A model generated the notes under the pieces. The model was not told the origin of the DNA and searched no databases. It worked only from the letters and a program-made list of their open reading frames with translations. 64,000 nt of DNA from Phycisphaerae bacterium. GTDB lineage: Bacteria > Planctomycetota > Phycisphaerae > UBA1845 > DATKUK01. Positions 53,273-63,162 of this stretch are shown here, piece by piece. Location of the stretch: assembly GCA_035530655.1 (NCBI GenBank), contig DATKUK010000098.1, forward strand, positions 4,652-68,651, in the 5' to 3' direction. A program made the position numbers and the translations under genes. Within the stretch, counting starts at the first letter, position 1. Every line of letters begins with the position of its first letter.

Positions 53273-54634
53273 TCAACGCTTGCCCGCGCGACCCGCTGAC
53301 TGCTGCTGGCTGCGATGGAGCTGATCCGCCCGCATGATCTTGCGCTGCTTTCCCCAGTATCTGTCCTCAAGTTTATCGGCATCCTCGGCGTTTTGCACCG
53401 CATATTCACCCAGCCTCTTGGAACCGTACTTCGCCGCGTTGGAGCCAAGGTAGCGTTCGTTCAGCAAGAGATTGCGACGCGCATCCGCGATTTTTCCCGC
53501 ATCCCTGAGTTGCACGGCCAGCGCATTCCGCTCGGCTGCGATGAGTTCGACCACGTCCACGGCCACGGTCGTGTTGGTTCGTGCCTCGACGAGTTCCTTT
53601 GAGCGGGTGAAGCTTACCTCCAACGACCTGCCCAGTCGATCGGTCGTGCCTGTCCTCATATTGTCGTAGGTCACGCTCACTGTGGCCAGCGGGCGCGTGC
53701 TGTCGGCGGGCATAGGCGGCACCTCGATCTCCAGCAGAATAAACTTCTCGTGCTTGCTGTCGAGCTGGTTGACCAGAACGAACACGTTCTGACCGTTGAT
53801 CGCGCCGCTGCGGCCAAGCAGCCGGACGGGGCGGATCCCCGGGGCGCAGGTGATCTGCGTTCCGATATCCCGGGCGACAATGGAAAGAGCCTGGCCGAAC
53901 TCGCTGTCGAACACAGCGGCCAGATCCCCTGCCTCCTCGACGAAGTAGTGGTTGCCGTCACTGTCGTAGGCGAGCCGGGTCATGAGGTCTTCGTTGTAGT
54001 TCAGGCCCAGTCCGATCGTCGTGACCGAGATGCCTTCCTTGATGAGCGAGCGGCCCAGAGCCCCCAGCTCGGCAGGCGTCTGCGGCCCGACGTTGGCTAG
54101 CCCGTCGGACAGCAGTACCAGTCGGGCGGGTCGGTCATCTGCCAGGAACTTCCTCAACTCCTCGGCGCCCTTACTGACGCCGGCGAACAGGGCGGTGCTC
54201 CCGCCGGCGTTGATGCTGCGGATCTTCCTGAAGACGGCCTGCTTGTCGGTTACCTTGGTCGCGGGGATCAAGACGTCGACGGTGGACTGATAGGTGACCA
54301 CCGAGATGATGTCCGCGGTGCCGAGACGGTCGATGGCCATGATGGCCGCCTCTTTGGCCCGGGCGATCTTCTCACCGCGCATGGAGCCCGAGATGTCGAT
54401 CACCACGGCAATGTTGACCGGCCGGCGCTGACCACCGTTGTCCAAGTCGAATCCGCTCAGGCCGACCCGCAGATAGGCCGTCTGTTGGCTGTCGGCCAGC
54501 AGCACGGGCTTGTCGATGGCTGTGTGCAGGCCCAACTGCCCACCGTGGGCCACGTCGGCGCGGATCAGGTCGGCAGCCGGCAAAACGACGAGCAGAGCAG
54601 CCACCAGTTGTGTGAGAGGTGATGAGGCGTTCAT
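53273..54634 (-). CDS. Secreted von Willebrand factor A (VWA) domain protein
   Basis: Signal peptide, then a MIDAS-type VVIDISGSMRGEKI...GGSTALFAG...LLSDGLANVG. Confidence 0.85.
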   Translation of the reverse strand: MNASSPLTQLVAALLVVLPAADLIRADVAHGGQLGLHTAIDKPVLLADSQQTAYLRVGLSGFDLDNGGQRRPVNIAVVIDISGSMRGEKIARAKEAAIMAIDRLGTADIISVVTYQSTVDVLIPATKVTDKQAVFRKIRSINAGGSTALFAGVSKGAEELRKFLADDRPARLVLLSDGLANVGPQTPAELGALGRSLIKEGISVTTIGLGLNYNEDLMTRLAYDSDGNHYFVEEAGDLAAVFDSEFGQALSIVARDIGTQITCAPGIRPVRLLGRSGAINGQNVFVLVNQLDSKHEKFILLEIEVPPMPADSTRPLATVSVTYDNMRTGTTDRLGRSLEVSFTRSKELVEARTNTTVAVDVVELIAAERNALAVQLRDAGKIADARRNLLLNERYLGSNAAKYGSKRLGEYAVQNAEDADKLEDRYWGKQRKIMRADQLHRSQQQSAGRAGKR

Positions 54635-55004
54635 GATCTTCTCCTTTCCAGTGAGCTTTGGTCTGCGTATAGCGCCTGATTCTCCCGAGACGGCACATCG
54701 TACTCATTAGAACTATACGGAATCGGCCAAGACGAGTGGTCAGCCCCAGGTAAGATGACTGTAAAAGATTTGTGAGCATCCTCGGGTACACGGGGCGCTG
54801 GCTAGCGGGCAAAGTCATTAAGGGACTGCTGATTGGGGGTGCCGGGGCGAGTCTGGGTTTCAAGTCTGTAGCGCATCGCTCGGACAGTCCGGCGGACTAT
54901 GCGGGTGACCTCGCTACGGCTAGGATCAACGAGGAATCGTGGTCGGTGGTCTCGGTCATGTGTCCAGGTCGCCGACACTTGGCGCAAACGACGGAGGTGT
55001 GGGA

Positions 55005-55799
55005 GTGAACGTGACCCTGACGATCAGCACGTGGGACTTCAAGCATCTTGGCAGCGAGTACGCATCGGCGGCTCGCGTCATTGAGAAGATTCATTCGCTT
55101 GGCTACGGCACCGAACTGTGGCTCAACTGGGATGCCGAGCCCGAGTTCTACGACCGAGCCAACTGGGACGACCTGCGAACGATCGTGGGGGCATCGCCGG
55201 CGCTGTCGTTTCACACGCGAAACCAGCAAGACCGCATGTTCGAGGAGATTGAGCTGTTGGCCTACCTTGGCGGTCGGGCGCTGGTCGTCCATCCATGCGT
55301 GGTGAGTCTGGCGGAGTACCGGCAGGAGCGCCCGGCCGGCCATCCGGATGTCCCTTTCATTCGAGACTTGGCGGCCGCCGCCCGGCAGCACGGCGTGTTC
55401 TTGGCTTTGGAGAACATCTTCGCCCGCACCTTCCTCGATCGGACGCTGGAACACGTTGAGACCTTTGACGAGCGCGGCGGACTTGGCATCTGCATTGACC
55501 TCGGGCACGCCGAAATGCGGCGGGACGAGGTCCACGATGCCCACGAGGCTCCCGAGACGCTCATAGGTGATTACGGTCCGGTGCTGCTGCACCTGCACGT
55601 TCACGACGTGGTCGACGGGCGAGATCACAAGCCGCTCGGGACGGGGTCGCTCAACTACGACGCGATCGCCGCCGCTCTGCGCGACGTCGATTTCCACGGC
55701 ACGGCCGCGCTCGAGATCCAGGCGGACGATCCTGTTGCCACCATCCACGAGGGCTGGCAGTATCTCAAGCAGGCCTTTGGTGACGACCTGAATCGATAG
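55005..55799 (+). CDS. Sugar phosphate isomerase/epimerase (xylose-isomerase-like TIM barrel)
   Basis: ...HPCVVS...LALENIF...GICIDLGHAEM...HLHVHD pattern. The start is ambiguous: GTG 55005 follows ACGGAGG, while the track gives 54939. Confidence 0.7.
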   Translation: MNVTLTISTWDFKHLGSEYASAARVIEKIHSLGYGTELWLNWDAEPEFYDRANWDDLRTIVGASPALSFHTRNQQDRMFEEIELLAYLGGRALVVHPCVVSLAEYRQERPAGHPDVPFIRDLAAAARQHGVFLALENIFARTFLDRTLEHVETFDERGGLGICIDLGHAEMRRDEVHDAHEAPETLIGDYGPVLLHLHVHDVVDGRDHKPLGTGSLNYDAIAAALRDVDFHGTAALEIQADDPVATIHEGWQYLKQAFGDDLNR

Positions 55800-55915
55800 G
55801 CGAACGGCCACGAACCGGCACTGAGGCGTTGGCTGCCCGGCGGTCGATCCGCCTGAACGCCGAGCGAGGATGGTCCGGACGAGGGGTCTGGCTGACAGAA
55901 GCGAAGGAGAGCGAA

Positions 55916-57826
55916 ATGGCTGCGGTCATGATGATGATTTGGGTGCTCGGCGACAGCCAGAAGGTCAATCCCATTTCGGGCAACATATTGGAGGAGCATT
56001 ACTGGCATCAGATCGAAGGCAAGGGCGATCCCTACTACGCCGCGCCCAGCTATCAGGGCGAGCGCTCGGGCAGTCTGCGCAAAAAGTCGGCCGTCTGGGA
56101 CTACGACAGCAAGCGCATATCGCTGAGAGTTGCGAGCAATGAATTCGTAGCCTTTCAGGTGATCGTCGCCCACACCGGTAAGCCGCTGAAAGGCGTGTCG
56201 GTCAGCGTGGGCGAGCTGACCGGACCCGACGGTGCGACCATCAGCTCCGACCACATCGAGGTGTTCGTCGAGTGGTACGTGAACGTCGCCAGCCTGGCCA
56301 AGGACAGTTGGGACTACCGAACGTACCACGGCCCGAAGTATTGGTATCCCGATGCACTGATTCCGTGCAAGTTCGACCGGTGGGGCAAAGTCGACGTTCC
56401 CGACGAGCGGCTGGGTGTGCCCGGTCAGACGTGTCAGGGGTTCTGGGTCGATGTGTACGTGCCGCACAAGACGAAGCCCGGTGCGTATCGCGGCACGGTG
56501 GTCGTATCGGCGGCCGACGGCGCACGCCAGGAGCTCGACCTGCACCTGGAGGTCCTGCCGTGGCAGTTGCCCGACGAGCTGAGCTTCGTGGCTGAGATGA
56601 ACACCTACTCCAACCGCTTCGCGCGGGAGCCAAACTTCGATGCCGAGGACGGCAGCGCCAAGCATTTCGCCATCGAAGAGGCCTTTCACAAGATGGCCCA
56701 TCAACACCGCTGCACGTTAAACATCTTCCCCGGCTGGCCGTCGCGACGCGAGCGCACGACCAGGCAAGTCGTGGATCAGAGCTACGTGCCCAAGATGGCC
56801 GGTGCCGGCGAGAAGATCCATGTGGCTGACTGGTCCCAGTTCGATCGACATTTCGAGCGATACTTCACCGGCGATGCGTTCAAAGACTGTCCGCGTGCGG
56901 GCGTGCCGCTGACCCACTTTTACCTGCCCTTCAGTCTCGGCTGGCCGAGCGCGTTCTCGCAGTACTACGAAGATCGCCAGACGTACGAAACGGAATACGT
57001 CAGAATCCTCAGGGAATTCGACGCGCATATCGCCGAGAAGGGCTGGAACAGGACGCAGTTCCAATACTTCTTCAACGGCAAGAAGAAGTTCGGCGAGCCG
57101 TGGAATACGGACGAACCCACCGCCAAGGACGAGTACGACGCGCTGCGCTACTATGGGGACCTGCTGATCAAGGCCATCGGGCCACGTACCGCCCGCAAGG
57201 GCAACATACGCTATCGGATCGACATCGGGACGTACCGCACGGCCGGAACGCAGCTTGACGGGGTGGTCGACCTGCGCTGCGTGAACTACGAGGTTACCCC
57301 GCCCGCGTTCTGGGGTGACTGGACCAACGGTCTGCGGCCCGGCAAGGCCGCCGGCGAGCAGTGGTGGTACTATGCCCAGGACCACAAGAGGCAGCGCCAT
57401 ACGCGGATCGATTGGGCGCTGACTTGTACGATCCTCTGGGGTTGGGCCGGTTGGGACCTGAAGACCGACGGTTTCTGCCAGTGGCAGTGCGTGGGCTGGG
57501 TAAACGAGGACCCGTACGGTCTGCCCGGTGGGGGATGGAGCTATGCCCACCTGTTCTATCCGGGAAAACGCTTCGGGTACGACGGCCCGATCGCGTCGAT
57601 GCGTCTCAAGGGCATTCGCCGCGGGCTACAGGACTATGAGCATCTGGCGATCCTGACGCAGCGATGCAAGGGCGATTCGGCGCGAGCGGACGCGATTCTG
57701 CGCAAGTACTATAGTCTTACCGGCGCCGAGCCAGGTTCGATCCGCGTTGAGGCTGAGGACACCTACAAGATGCGCTACGAGACGTTCGCGGCGATTCTCG
57801 CAGCCGAGACGGCTCGTGCCCAATGA
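55916..57826 (+). CDS. DUF4091-type (GH123-like) glycan-active protein
   Basis: ATG 55916 with GAAGGAGAG RBS. LRVASNEFVAFQVIV..., GFWVDVYVPHKTKPGAYRGTVVVS..., LDLHLEVLPWQLPDE are typical of DUF4091 proteins as I recall them. Confidence 0.6.
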   Translation: MAAVMMMIWVLGDSQKVNPISGNILEEHYWHQIEGKGDPYYAAPSYQGERSGSLRKKSAVWDYDSKRISLRVASNEFVAFQVIVAHTGKPLKGVSVSVGELTGPDGATISSDHIEVFVEWYVNVASLAKDSWDYRTYHGPKYWYPDALIPCKFDRWGKVDVPDERLGVPGQTCQGFWVDVYVPHKTKPGAYRGTVVVSAADGARQELDLHLEVLPWQLPDELSFVAEMNTYSNRFAREPNFDAEDGSAKHFAIEEAFHKMAHQHRCTLNIFPGWPSRRERTTRQVVDQSYVPKMAGAGEKIHVADWSQFDRHFERYFTGDAFKDCPRAGVPLTHFYLPFSLGWPSAFSQYYEDRQTYETEYVRILREFDAHIAEKGWNRTQFQYFFNGKKKFGEPWNTDEPTAKDEYDALRYYGDLLIKAIGPRTARKGNIRYRIDIGTYRTAGTQLDGVVDLRCVNYEVTPPAFWGDWTNGLRPGKAAGEQWWYYAQDHKRQRHTRIDWALTCTILWGWAGWDLKTDGFCQWQCVGWVNEDPYGLPGGGWSYAHLFYPGKRFGYDGPIASMRLKGIRRGLQDYEHLAILTQRCKGDSARADAILRKYYSLTGAEPGSIRVEAEDTYKMRYETFAAILAAETARAQ

Positions 57827-57962
57827 GCGTACCGCGTCGTGCGGAGGTCTGGCGGCGATCTGCGAATTGCGGCTGCGCGAGCGTTTCGGGCAGCGGGTAC
57901 TGGTCACGATGCTCAAACCCAAGTGCCTGCAACGTCGGCGACAGGTGTTTTACCGTCGAGTT

Positions 57963-59372
57963 CTATCCCCTGGCCCCTTCTGCGACCTGCGCCATGTATA
58001 GCACCGCGTCGCCGTCGAACGGTGAGGTCAAGGCTCGCCTTGCCCCGCCTGCCACGGGCTCGCCACGGACGACCGCGCCGGTGGACGGGTTGAACCATTC
58101 CACCCGGAAGTGGCTGGAAACGGCGGAAAGATCCACCGTCACCCATGGGCCTTGCGGCAGATACACCAGATACTCGGCGCCGTCGGCGGCTGTGCTGGCC
58201 AGACAGTAGCCCGACGAGGCCAGCCCGGGCTCGGGCTTCATGGCGGCCAGATTCATCCTGTCGGCGTACATGCGGGTGTAGCCCATGTTGATGCGAAGGG
58301 TGTCCCAGTAGGGATCGGGCTTTCCGTTCTGTGGCCCGTTGCGGGTCAACACGTACCAGGGGGCAGGGTCGATGTAAGGGTCCATGAAAAGCGTCTGCTG
58401 GCCGCGGGTGAAGCTCTTCCAGACCCAGGCGCGCTGGCCGCCGATGCCGACCTTCTGAAGGGCCGTGAAGAAGAAGGAGTGATCGGTGTCGTTCAGGATG
58501 ACCTTGCTGCCGTCAGCCGCAGGCGGGTCGGTCTGATAGCCTCCTTCCGGGCTCGGGGAGATCCAGTCGGCGGGGCTTTCGAACAACATCGAGTTGCCGC
58601 CATCGGGCCACTGGACGGTCATGCCCACCGGGTGTTGGGTGGGCTTACCGGCTTCGTAGGTCTTGATGAAGCGGATAATGTGGTACTGCCACGCGGTATT
58701 GGCTGGACCACCGTTGTCCTCATTCGTGATTTCATAGAGGACGTTACTCAGGTCGTTGACGGTGTCGATAACCTTCGCCACGTAGGCCTCGTGGACCGCT
58801 GTAATCGCGGGAACTGTCAGGCTATGCACTTCCAGGCCCTTACCATCCTTGTCGGGATCGCCGTCAATGCTGTTGATGTTGTTGTCGGCGTGGAAGGGGT
58901 GCCCCGGCCAGGGGTCGTGGTGATCTTTATCCTTTTCCGTGATGCTGAATCCCTGGAACAGCATGACGATTACGTACATGCCGCGGTCGCGGGCGGCGAT
59001 GACCCGCTCGCGCATGCGGTCGAAATAGAGTTGGTTGAACTTTGTTAGGTCGAACTTCGGCTCCCCGTCGCGTGCATCACCCGGGCCCGTGCGCAGGTAG
59101 GGCATCGGATCCTGCCGGTACGTGATTCTGCCCGCGGCATCAAAGGAGGCGGCGTGTTCCCATGCCCACAGCCGGAAGCAGTTGTGCTTGCGGGCCTCGA
59201 GGAAGTCCAGGTACTCGTCGAAGTCGACGGTGGGATTCGAACGCTCGGGCAGCCGGGTGATCTCCTGCAAGTTGTTCCAGGTGTGCGAGCCCGTCACGAA
59301 AACGACCTTGCCGCTGCCATCGGTGAAGTATCGTGGGTTTGCCGGATGGACTCGAAGAGGACCCTTGGCCAT
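57963..59372 (-). CDS. GH5-fold glycoside hydrolase, DUF4038/GH140-like, with collagenase-type C-terminal binding domain
   Basis: ATG 59372 (MAKGPLRVHPANPRYFTDGSGK...). ...CFRLWAWEH..., MYVIVMLFQGF, YEITNED (candidate acid/base NE). C-terminal ...VEWFNPSTGAVV... Confidence 0.6.
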   Translation of the reverse strand: MAKGPLRVHPANPRYFTDGSGKVVFVTGSHTWNNLQEITRLPERSNPTVDFDEYLDFLEARKHNCFRLWAWEHAASFDAAGRITYRQDPMPYLRTGPGDARDGEPKFDLTKFNQLYFDRMRERVIAARDRGMYVIVMLFQGFSITEKDKDHHDPWPGHPFHADNNINSIDGDPDKDGKGLEVHSLTVPAITAVHEAYVAKVIDTVNDLSNVLYEITNEDNGGPANTAWQYHIIRFIKTYEAGKPTQHPVGMTVQWPDGGNSMLFESPADWISPSPEGGYQTDPPAADGSKVILNDTDHSFFFTALQKVGIGGQRAWVWKSFTRGQQTLFMDPYIDPAPWYVLTRNGPQNGKPDPYWDTLRINMGYTRMYADRMNLAAMKPEPGLASSGYCLASTAADGAEYLVYLPQGPWVTVDLSAVSSHFRVEWFNPSTGAVVRGEPVAGGARRALTSPFDGDAVLYMAQVAEGARG

Positions 59373-59541
59373 GACGTTTGACTCCCCTATTTGCCGTGTC
59401 GTGTTCACGTTGGCCTGTTGATCTCGATTGAATCGGCGGTTCGCACGCCGTGCCGCCACCGACACGCGTACGCATCTGCCGCGCCACGCCGCCAACCGCA
59501 AGTCGCGTGCGGCAGGGCTCGCCATGCGCCGACCGATGAGT

Positions 59542-60624
59542 CTAAGGCCCGTCGCCTGGAACGGGTAGATCGCGGAAAAACGCCAGCAGCGCGGGCACGT
59601 CCATGGCGTGGCCCATGTCGGGGCTGACGATCAACCGGACGTTGTCGGCCGAGCCGGCGGCGGCGTAGATCTGCCTGATCTCCTGCAACATCTCGGGCAC
59701 GGCCTCGTTGTACGCGGCGGCGTAGTTGTCCTTGCCTGGTTCGTTCAGGCTTGGGGTGTCCCGTTGGCCGTAGTGAATGACCAGCGGTCGAGGCGCGTTC
59801 ATGCCCGCAATGTCGCTGCGTTCCATCCAGTTGACGATACCGGGAACGCAGTGGGCCGGTCCGTTGTAGCACCGACAAAAGTGAAGGGCGAACGATCCCG
59901 AGCTGCCGCTGGCGAAGATGCGCCGCACGCGCTGGCTGAATGGCGGGTAGGCGACCGCCAGATCACCGCCGTAGGACAGACCGGCTGCGAAGATGTCCGT
60001 CACCGACAGCTCGGCAGCCAGCCAGTTTTCCCATCGCAGAAGATCCTCGATGTTCTCACCGACGACCGAGCAGCCATGGAGAAACGCGTCGGTGACATAC
60101 GAGAAGTGCATACTCTGCTCGTAGTCCATGCGGTAGCCCGGCCGACCGGCGGCCAGATCGCGCAGCGGCCCGAACCCGCGATGGATGGGCAGCAGCACCA
60201 CATAGCCCGCCCTGGCCAGTTCGATAGCAAAGCCGCGGTAGGCATCGTTGCGGAGCCCGAGGCATCCCTCGCCCCTGCCGGGGCTGTGGCCGTGAATGGC
60301 CATCACGGCCGTGCCCGGCATGCAGTCGGTCTCGGGACGCAGCAGGTAGGCAGGGATCGACAGATCCTCGGATACGTTCATCACCAGCACCGAGATCCGC
60401 ACGCCCTCGTGCACGGTATGGCGGAGCGGGCTCACGCTAACGGGCGCGGCCACAGGTAGCTGGAGATTCAGCAGCTCGGCCAGCTTGGCTCGGGCACGAT
60501 CGCACCACGCCCGAAACTCGCCGCCGACGTGTTTGTAGGACAGCACTCGGCCGCCCGGTGCGTGCAGAAACCTCAGCGTCAACTCTGAACTGTCGATCAG
60601 GAAATCCTGGTCCATCGCATTCAT
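59542..60624 (-). CDS. Alpha/beta hydrolase (acetyl-xylan-esterase / dienelactone-hydrolase-like)
   Basis: 360 aa. AVMAIHGH, nucleophile elbow GLSYGG, C-terminal ...SPDMGHAMD. Confidence 0.7.
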   Translation of the reverse strand: MNAMDQDFLIDSSELTLRFLHAPGGRVLSYKHVGGEFRAWCDRARAKLAELLNLQLPVAAPVSVSPLRHTVHEGVRISVLVMNVSEDLSIPAYLLRPETDCMPGTAVMAIHGHSPGRGEGCLGLRNDAYRGFAIELARAGYVVLLPIHRGFGPLRDLAAGRPGYRMDYEQSMHFSYVTDAFLHGCSVVGENIEDLLRWENWLAAELSVTDIFAAGLSYGGDLAVAYPPFSQRVRRIFASGSSGSFALHFCRCYNGPAHCVPGIVNWMERSDIAGMNAPRPLVIHYGQRDTPSLNEPGKDNYAAAYNEAVPEMLQEIRQIYAAAGSADNVRLIVSPDMGHAMDVPALLAFFRDLPVPGDGP

Positions 60625-60647
60625 CCGTCCTGTGGGGCGTGACCTAT

Positions 60648-61805
60648 CTACATCGTCAACTTATGACCGCTGTCGTCGAGGCCCTGTTCGTCATAACGGC
60701 GTCCCCAGACCAGTCGCATGCCGAATCCCGGCGCCGATGGGACATCCAGCACGCCCTGCCGGACTTCATACAGGGAAGTATCGACGCCCTCGGTCTCGTC
60801 GATCACGCCTTCCACGGGCGATACGCCACCGACACCCGCCAGCAGGTGGGCCGCATAGTAGGTCTTGAGCTTCAGATCGAAGGTATGCGGCGACAGCAGC
60901 AGGCCGCACTCGATGGCTCGCCTCGCCAGCTTGCGCCATCGCGTGAAGCCATACCCGTCGATGTCGAGGTTCAGGATGTCGACCAGGCCCTCAGCGCCGA
61001 GGTCGAGCAGGAACTCGACATCGGCTTTTGCCTCGCCTTCGACGACTTTTGTGGCTGGGCTGAGCCGTTCGATCTGATCCCTGAGGCGTCGCAGCTCGTC
61101 CCGGGTTTCGTGGAAGGGCTCTTCGATGGCGTACAACTGACAGTCGGCGACGGCCTGGAAGTAACTCAGAAACCCGTCGCAAGTGAAGCCGTTGTTGGCG
61201 TCGACCATCAGCAGCACATCGGGGAAACGCTCGCGTATCGCGCGGGTCACCTCGATGTCCCTGTGCAAACCCTGCTCTTCGGGCATCCATCGGCGACCGC
61301 GGCCGATCTTGATCTTGAAGCTGCGATACCCCAACTCGTAGTCCTGGCGGCAGTGATCGAGGACGACTTCGAGCCCGCCCGGATCGTAGGCTGGTGTGAC
61401 GTCGTCCATGTAGATCATGGCGTCGTAGACGGGCACTGCCTTCCCGCCGGCCGCACCCAGCATTCGGTAGACGGGCACATCGAGAATGACGCCGGCCAGA
61501 TCGTGCAACGCGAAATCCAACGGCATGGCGTCGTCGGCCATGACTCCCACAGCCGGGTCAAAAACGTCGCACAGCCGCCGGCCGTGCAGTTGAGGCGTCT
61601 GCCCTGGTGGCAGGTGCCGGCAGATGCCCCATCCAGCCGCGCCCTGATCGGTGACCACCTCGCGCACGAGCAGTTCGCGTCCGTAGCCGTGCTCTTCGAG
61701 ATTGGCGTTGCGCCCGACGAGGCGAGGCCAGCGTGTGCGAATCTTGTACGTCCGGATTTCGGCTATGCGGTGTTCGGCGAGGCGTTCGGCGTGCAATAGC
61801 GTCAC
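60648..61805 (-). CDS. Enolase-superfamily enzyme (mandelate racemase / sugar-acid dehydratase-like)
   Basis: Start moved to GTG 61805 (AGGAG 6 nt upstream). Metal-ligand-type segments LMVDANNGFT, IEEPF and DILNLDI. The upstream part of the track ORF is P/R-rich. Confidence 0.7.
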   Translation of the reverse strand: MTLLHAERLAEHRIAEIRTYKIRTRWPRLVGRNANLEEHGYGRELLVREVVTDQGAAGWGICRHLPPGQTPQLHGRRLCDVFDPAVGVMADDAMPLDFALHDLAGVILDVPVYRMLGAAGGKAVPVYDAMIYMDDVTPAYDPGGLEVVLDHCRQDYELGYRSFKIKIGRGRRWMPEEQGLHRDIEVTRAIRERFPDVLLMVDANNGFTCDGFLSYFQAVADCQLYAIEEPFHETRDELRRLRDQIERLSPATKVVEGEAKADVEFLLDLGAEGLVDILNLDIDGYGFTRWRKLARRAIECGLLLSPHTFDLKLKTYYAAHLLAGVGGVSPVEGVIDETEGVDTSLYEVRQGVLDVPSAPGFGMRLVWGRRYDEQGLDDSGHKLTM

Positions 61806-62144
61806 AGCATGCTCCTGTCGTCGGCCCGGTGCTCGTGGCGGCACCGTGCAGTCGTGCTTCGCTGGTGATCGGGTCCACAGCAGCGTCCTGGGTGGTGAGG
61901 ATACCGCCTGGCTGCGGCAAGCGGGAGCGTGGTGATGTTTTTTCCTGGGCCGACATGGTCGACGGGGTAGTGACAGGGACGAATCGGCTGGAAAAAGGCG
62001 ATGTCCAACGGCGCAGGTAGACGCTGCCGCAATGGCTCGGACCTTGATACAATGACCGCCCACGGTTTGGTGGATGAGGGTGTTTTCCTTGCGGGCGCGT
62101 TTGGCCGCCATCATTGGAGCAGGCACGACGAGAGGACAGGGCTA

Positions 62145-62966
62145 ATGACGGATAAGAAGCTGCGGATTCTGTTGATCGGGGCACATCCGGACGATTGCGA
62201 GGTCAAGTGCGGCGGCACAGCCGCGCTGTGGGCGCGGGCGGGGCATACCGTACGGTTCGTCAGCGCGACCAACGGGCAGACGGGCCATCACGAAATCGGT
62301 GGGGTCGAGTTGACGCGCCGTCGAATTGCCGAAGCCCGGGCGGCAGCCGCGGTGATCGGCATCGAGAGTCAGGTGCTGCCCATCCCCAACGGGCAGATCG
62401 AGCCGACCTTGCCCTACCGGTGGATGTTCATCCGCCTGCTGCGCGAGTTCCAGCCCGACCTCGTGATTACGCACCGACCCAACGACTACCACCCCGACCA
62501 CCGCTATACGTCGCAGCTCGTGCAGGATTCGTCCTACGTGGTGACGGTGCCCAACACCGTGCCGGAAACGCCGGCGCTGCGCCGCATGCCCGTGATCATG
62601 TACATGTCCGACACGTTCGCCAGGCCGTACGCCTTCCAGGCCGACGTCGCGATCGACATCGACGCGGTGATCGACACCAAGGTCGACATGATGCACCAGC
62701 ACGCCAGCCAGTTCTACGAATGGGTGCCGTACAACCAGGACATTCTCGACCAGGTACCCGACGGCGACGACGCACGCCGCAAGTGGCTGTTCGATTGGCG
62801 GACGCCTGCCGACCGCGACCGGGCCGACCGCTATCGCGAGCAGTTGATCGTCCGCTACGGCCAAAAGCACGGGGCAGCCGTCAAGTACGCCGAGGCCTAC
62901 GAGGCGTGCGAGTACGGCGCGCCCTTTGACGAGGCACTGGCGAAAAAGCTTTTCGGCGAACTGTAG
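62145..62966 (+). CDS. PIG-L/LmbE-family deacetylase
   Basis: ATG 62145 with GAGGA RBS. LLIGAHPDDCEVKCGGT and ...HRPNDYHPDHR... are canonical. Confidence 0.8.
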   Translation: MTDKKLRILLIGAHPDDCEVKCGGTAALWARAGHTVRFVSATNGQTGHHEIGGVELTRRRIAEARAAAAVIGIESQVLPIPNGQIEPTLPYRWMFIRLLREFQPDLVITHRPNDYHPDHRYTSQLVQDSSYVVTVPNTVPETPALRRMPVIMYMSDTFARPYAFQADVAIDIDAVIDTKVDMMHQHASQFYEWVPYNQDILDQVPDGDDARRKWLFDWRTPADRDRADRYREQLIVRYGQKHGAAVKYAEAYEACEYGAPFDEALAKKLFGEL

Positions 62967-63162
62967 CGCGGACGCGATTGATGGGGTGCAGGGAGAGTTG
63001 GCTTCCCCGTCCCCGGCTGGGGCGCTTCAGGAAGCCGTGGAAAAGGTTTGAACGAGCGATCCAGGACGGCGAGGTCGCCACCGCCATAACAAAGGGGGGT
63101 CGAGCCTGGGCAGCTCAACCCCTCTTGTTTCTGCCGTTCGAGCCTACTTGCACGCAAGCGGG

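Noticed and set aside
59225-59245. GGGATTCGAACG string resembling the reverse complement of a tRNA T-arm
   Set aside because: It lies inside a well-supported CDS (…ERSNPTVDFDEYL…), and no acceptor or anticodon arm can be drawn around it. No tRNA genes were found in the window.
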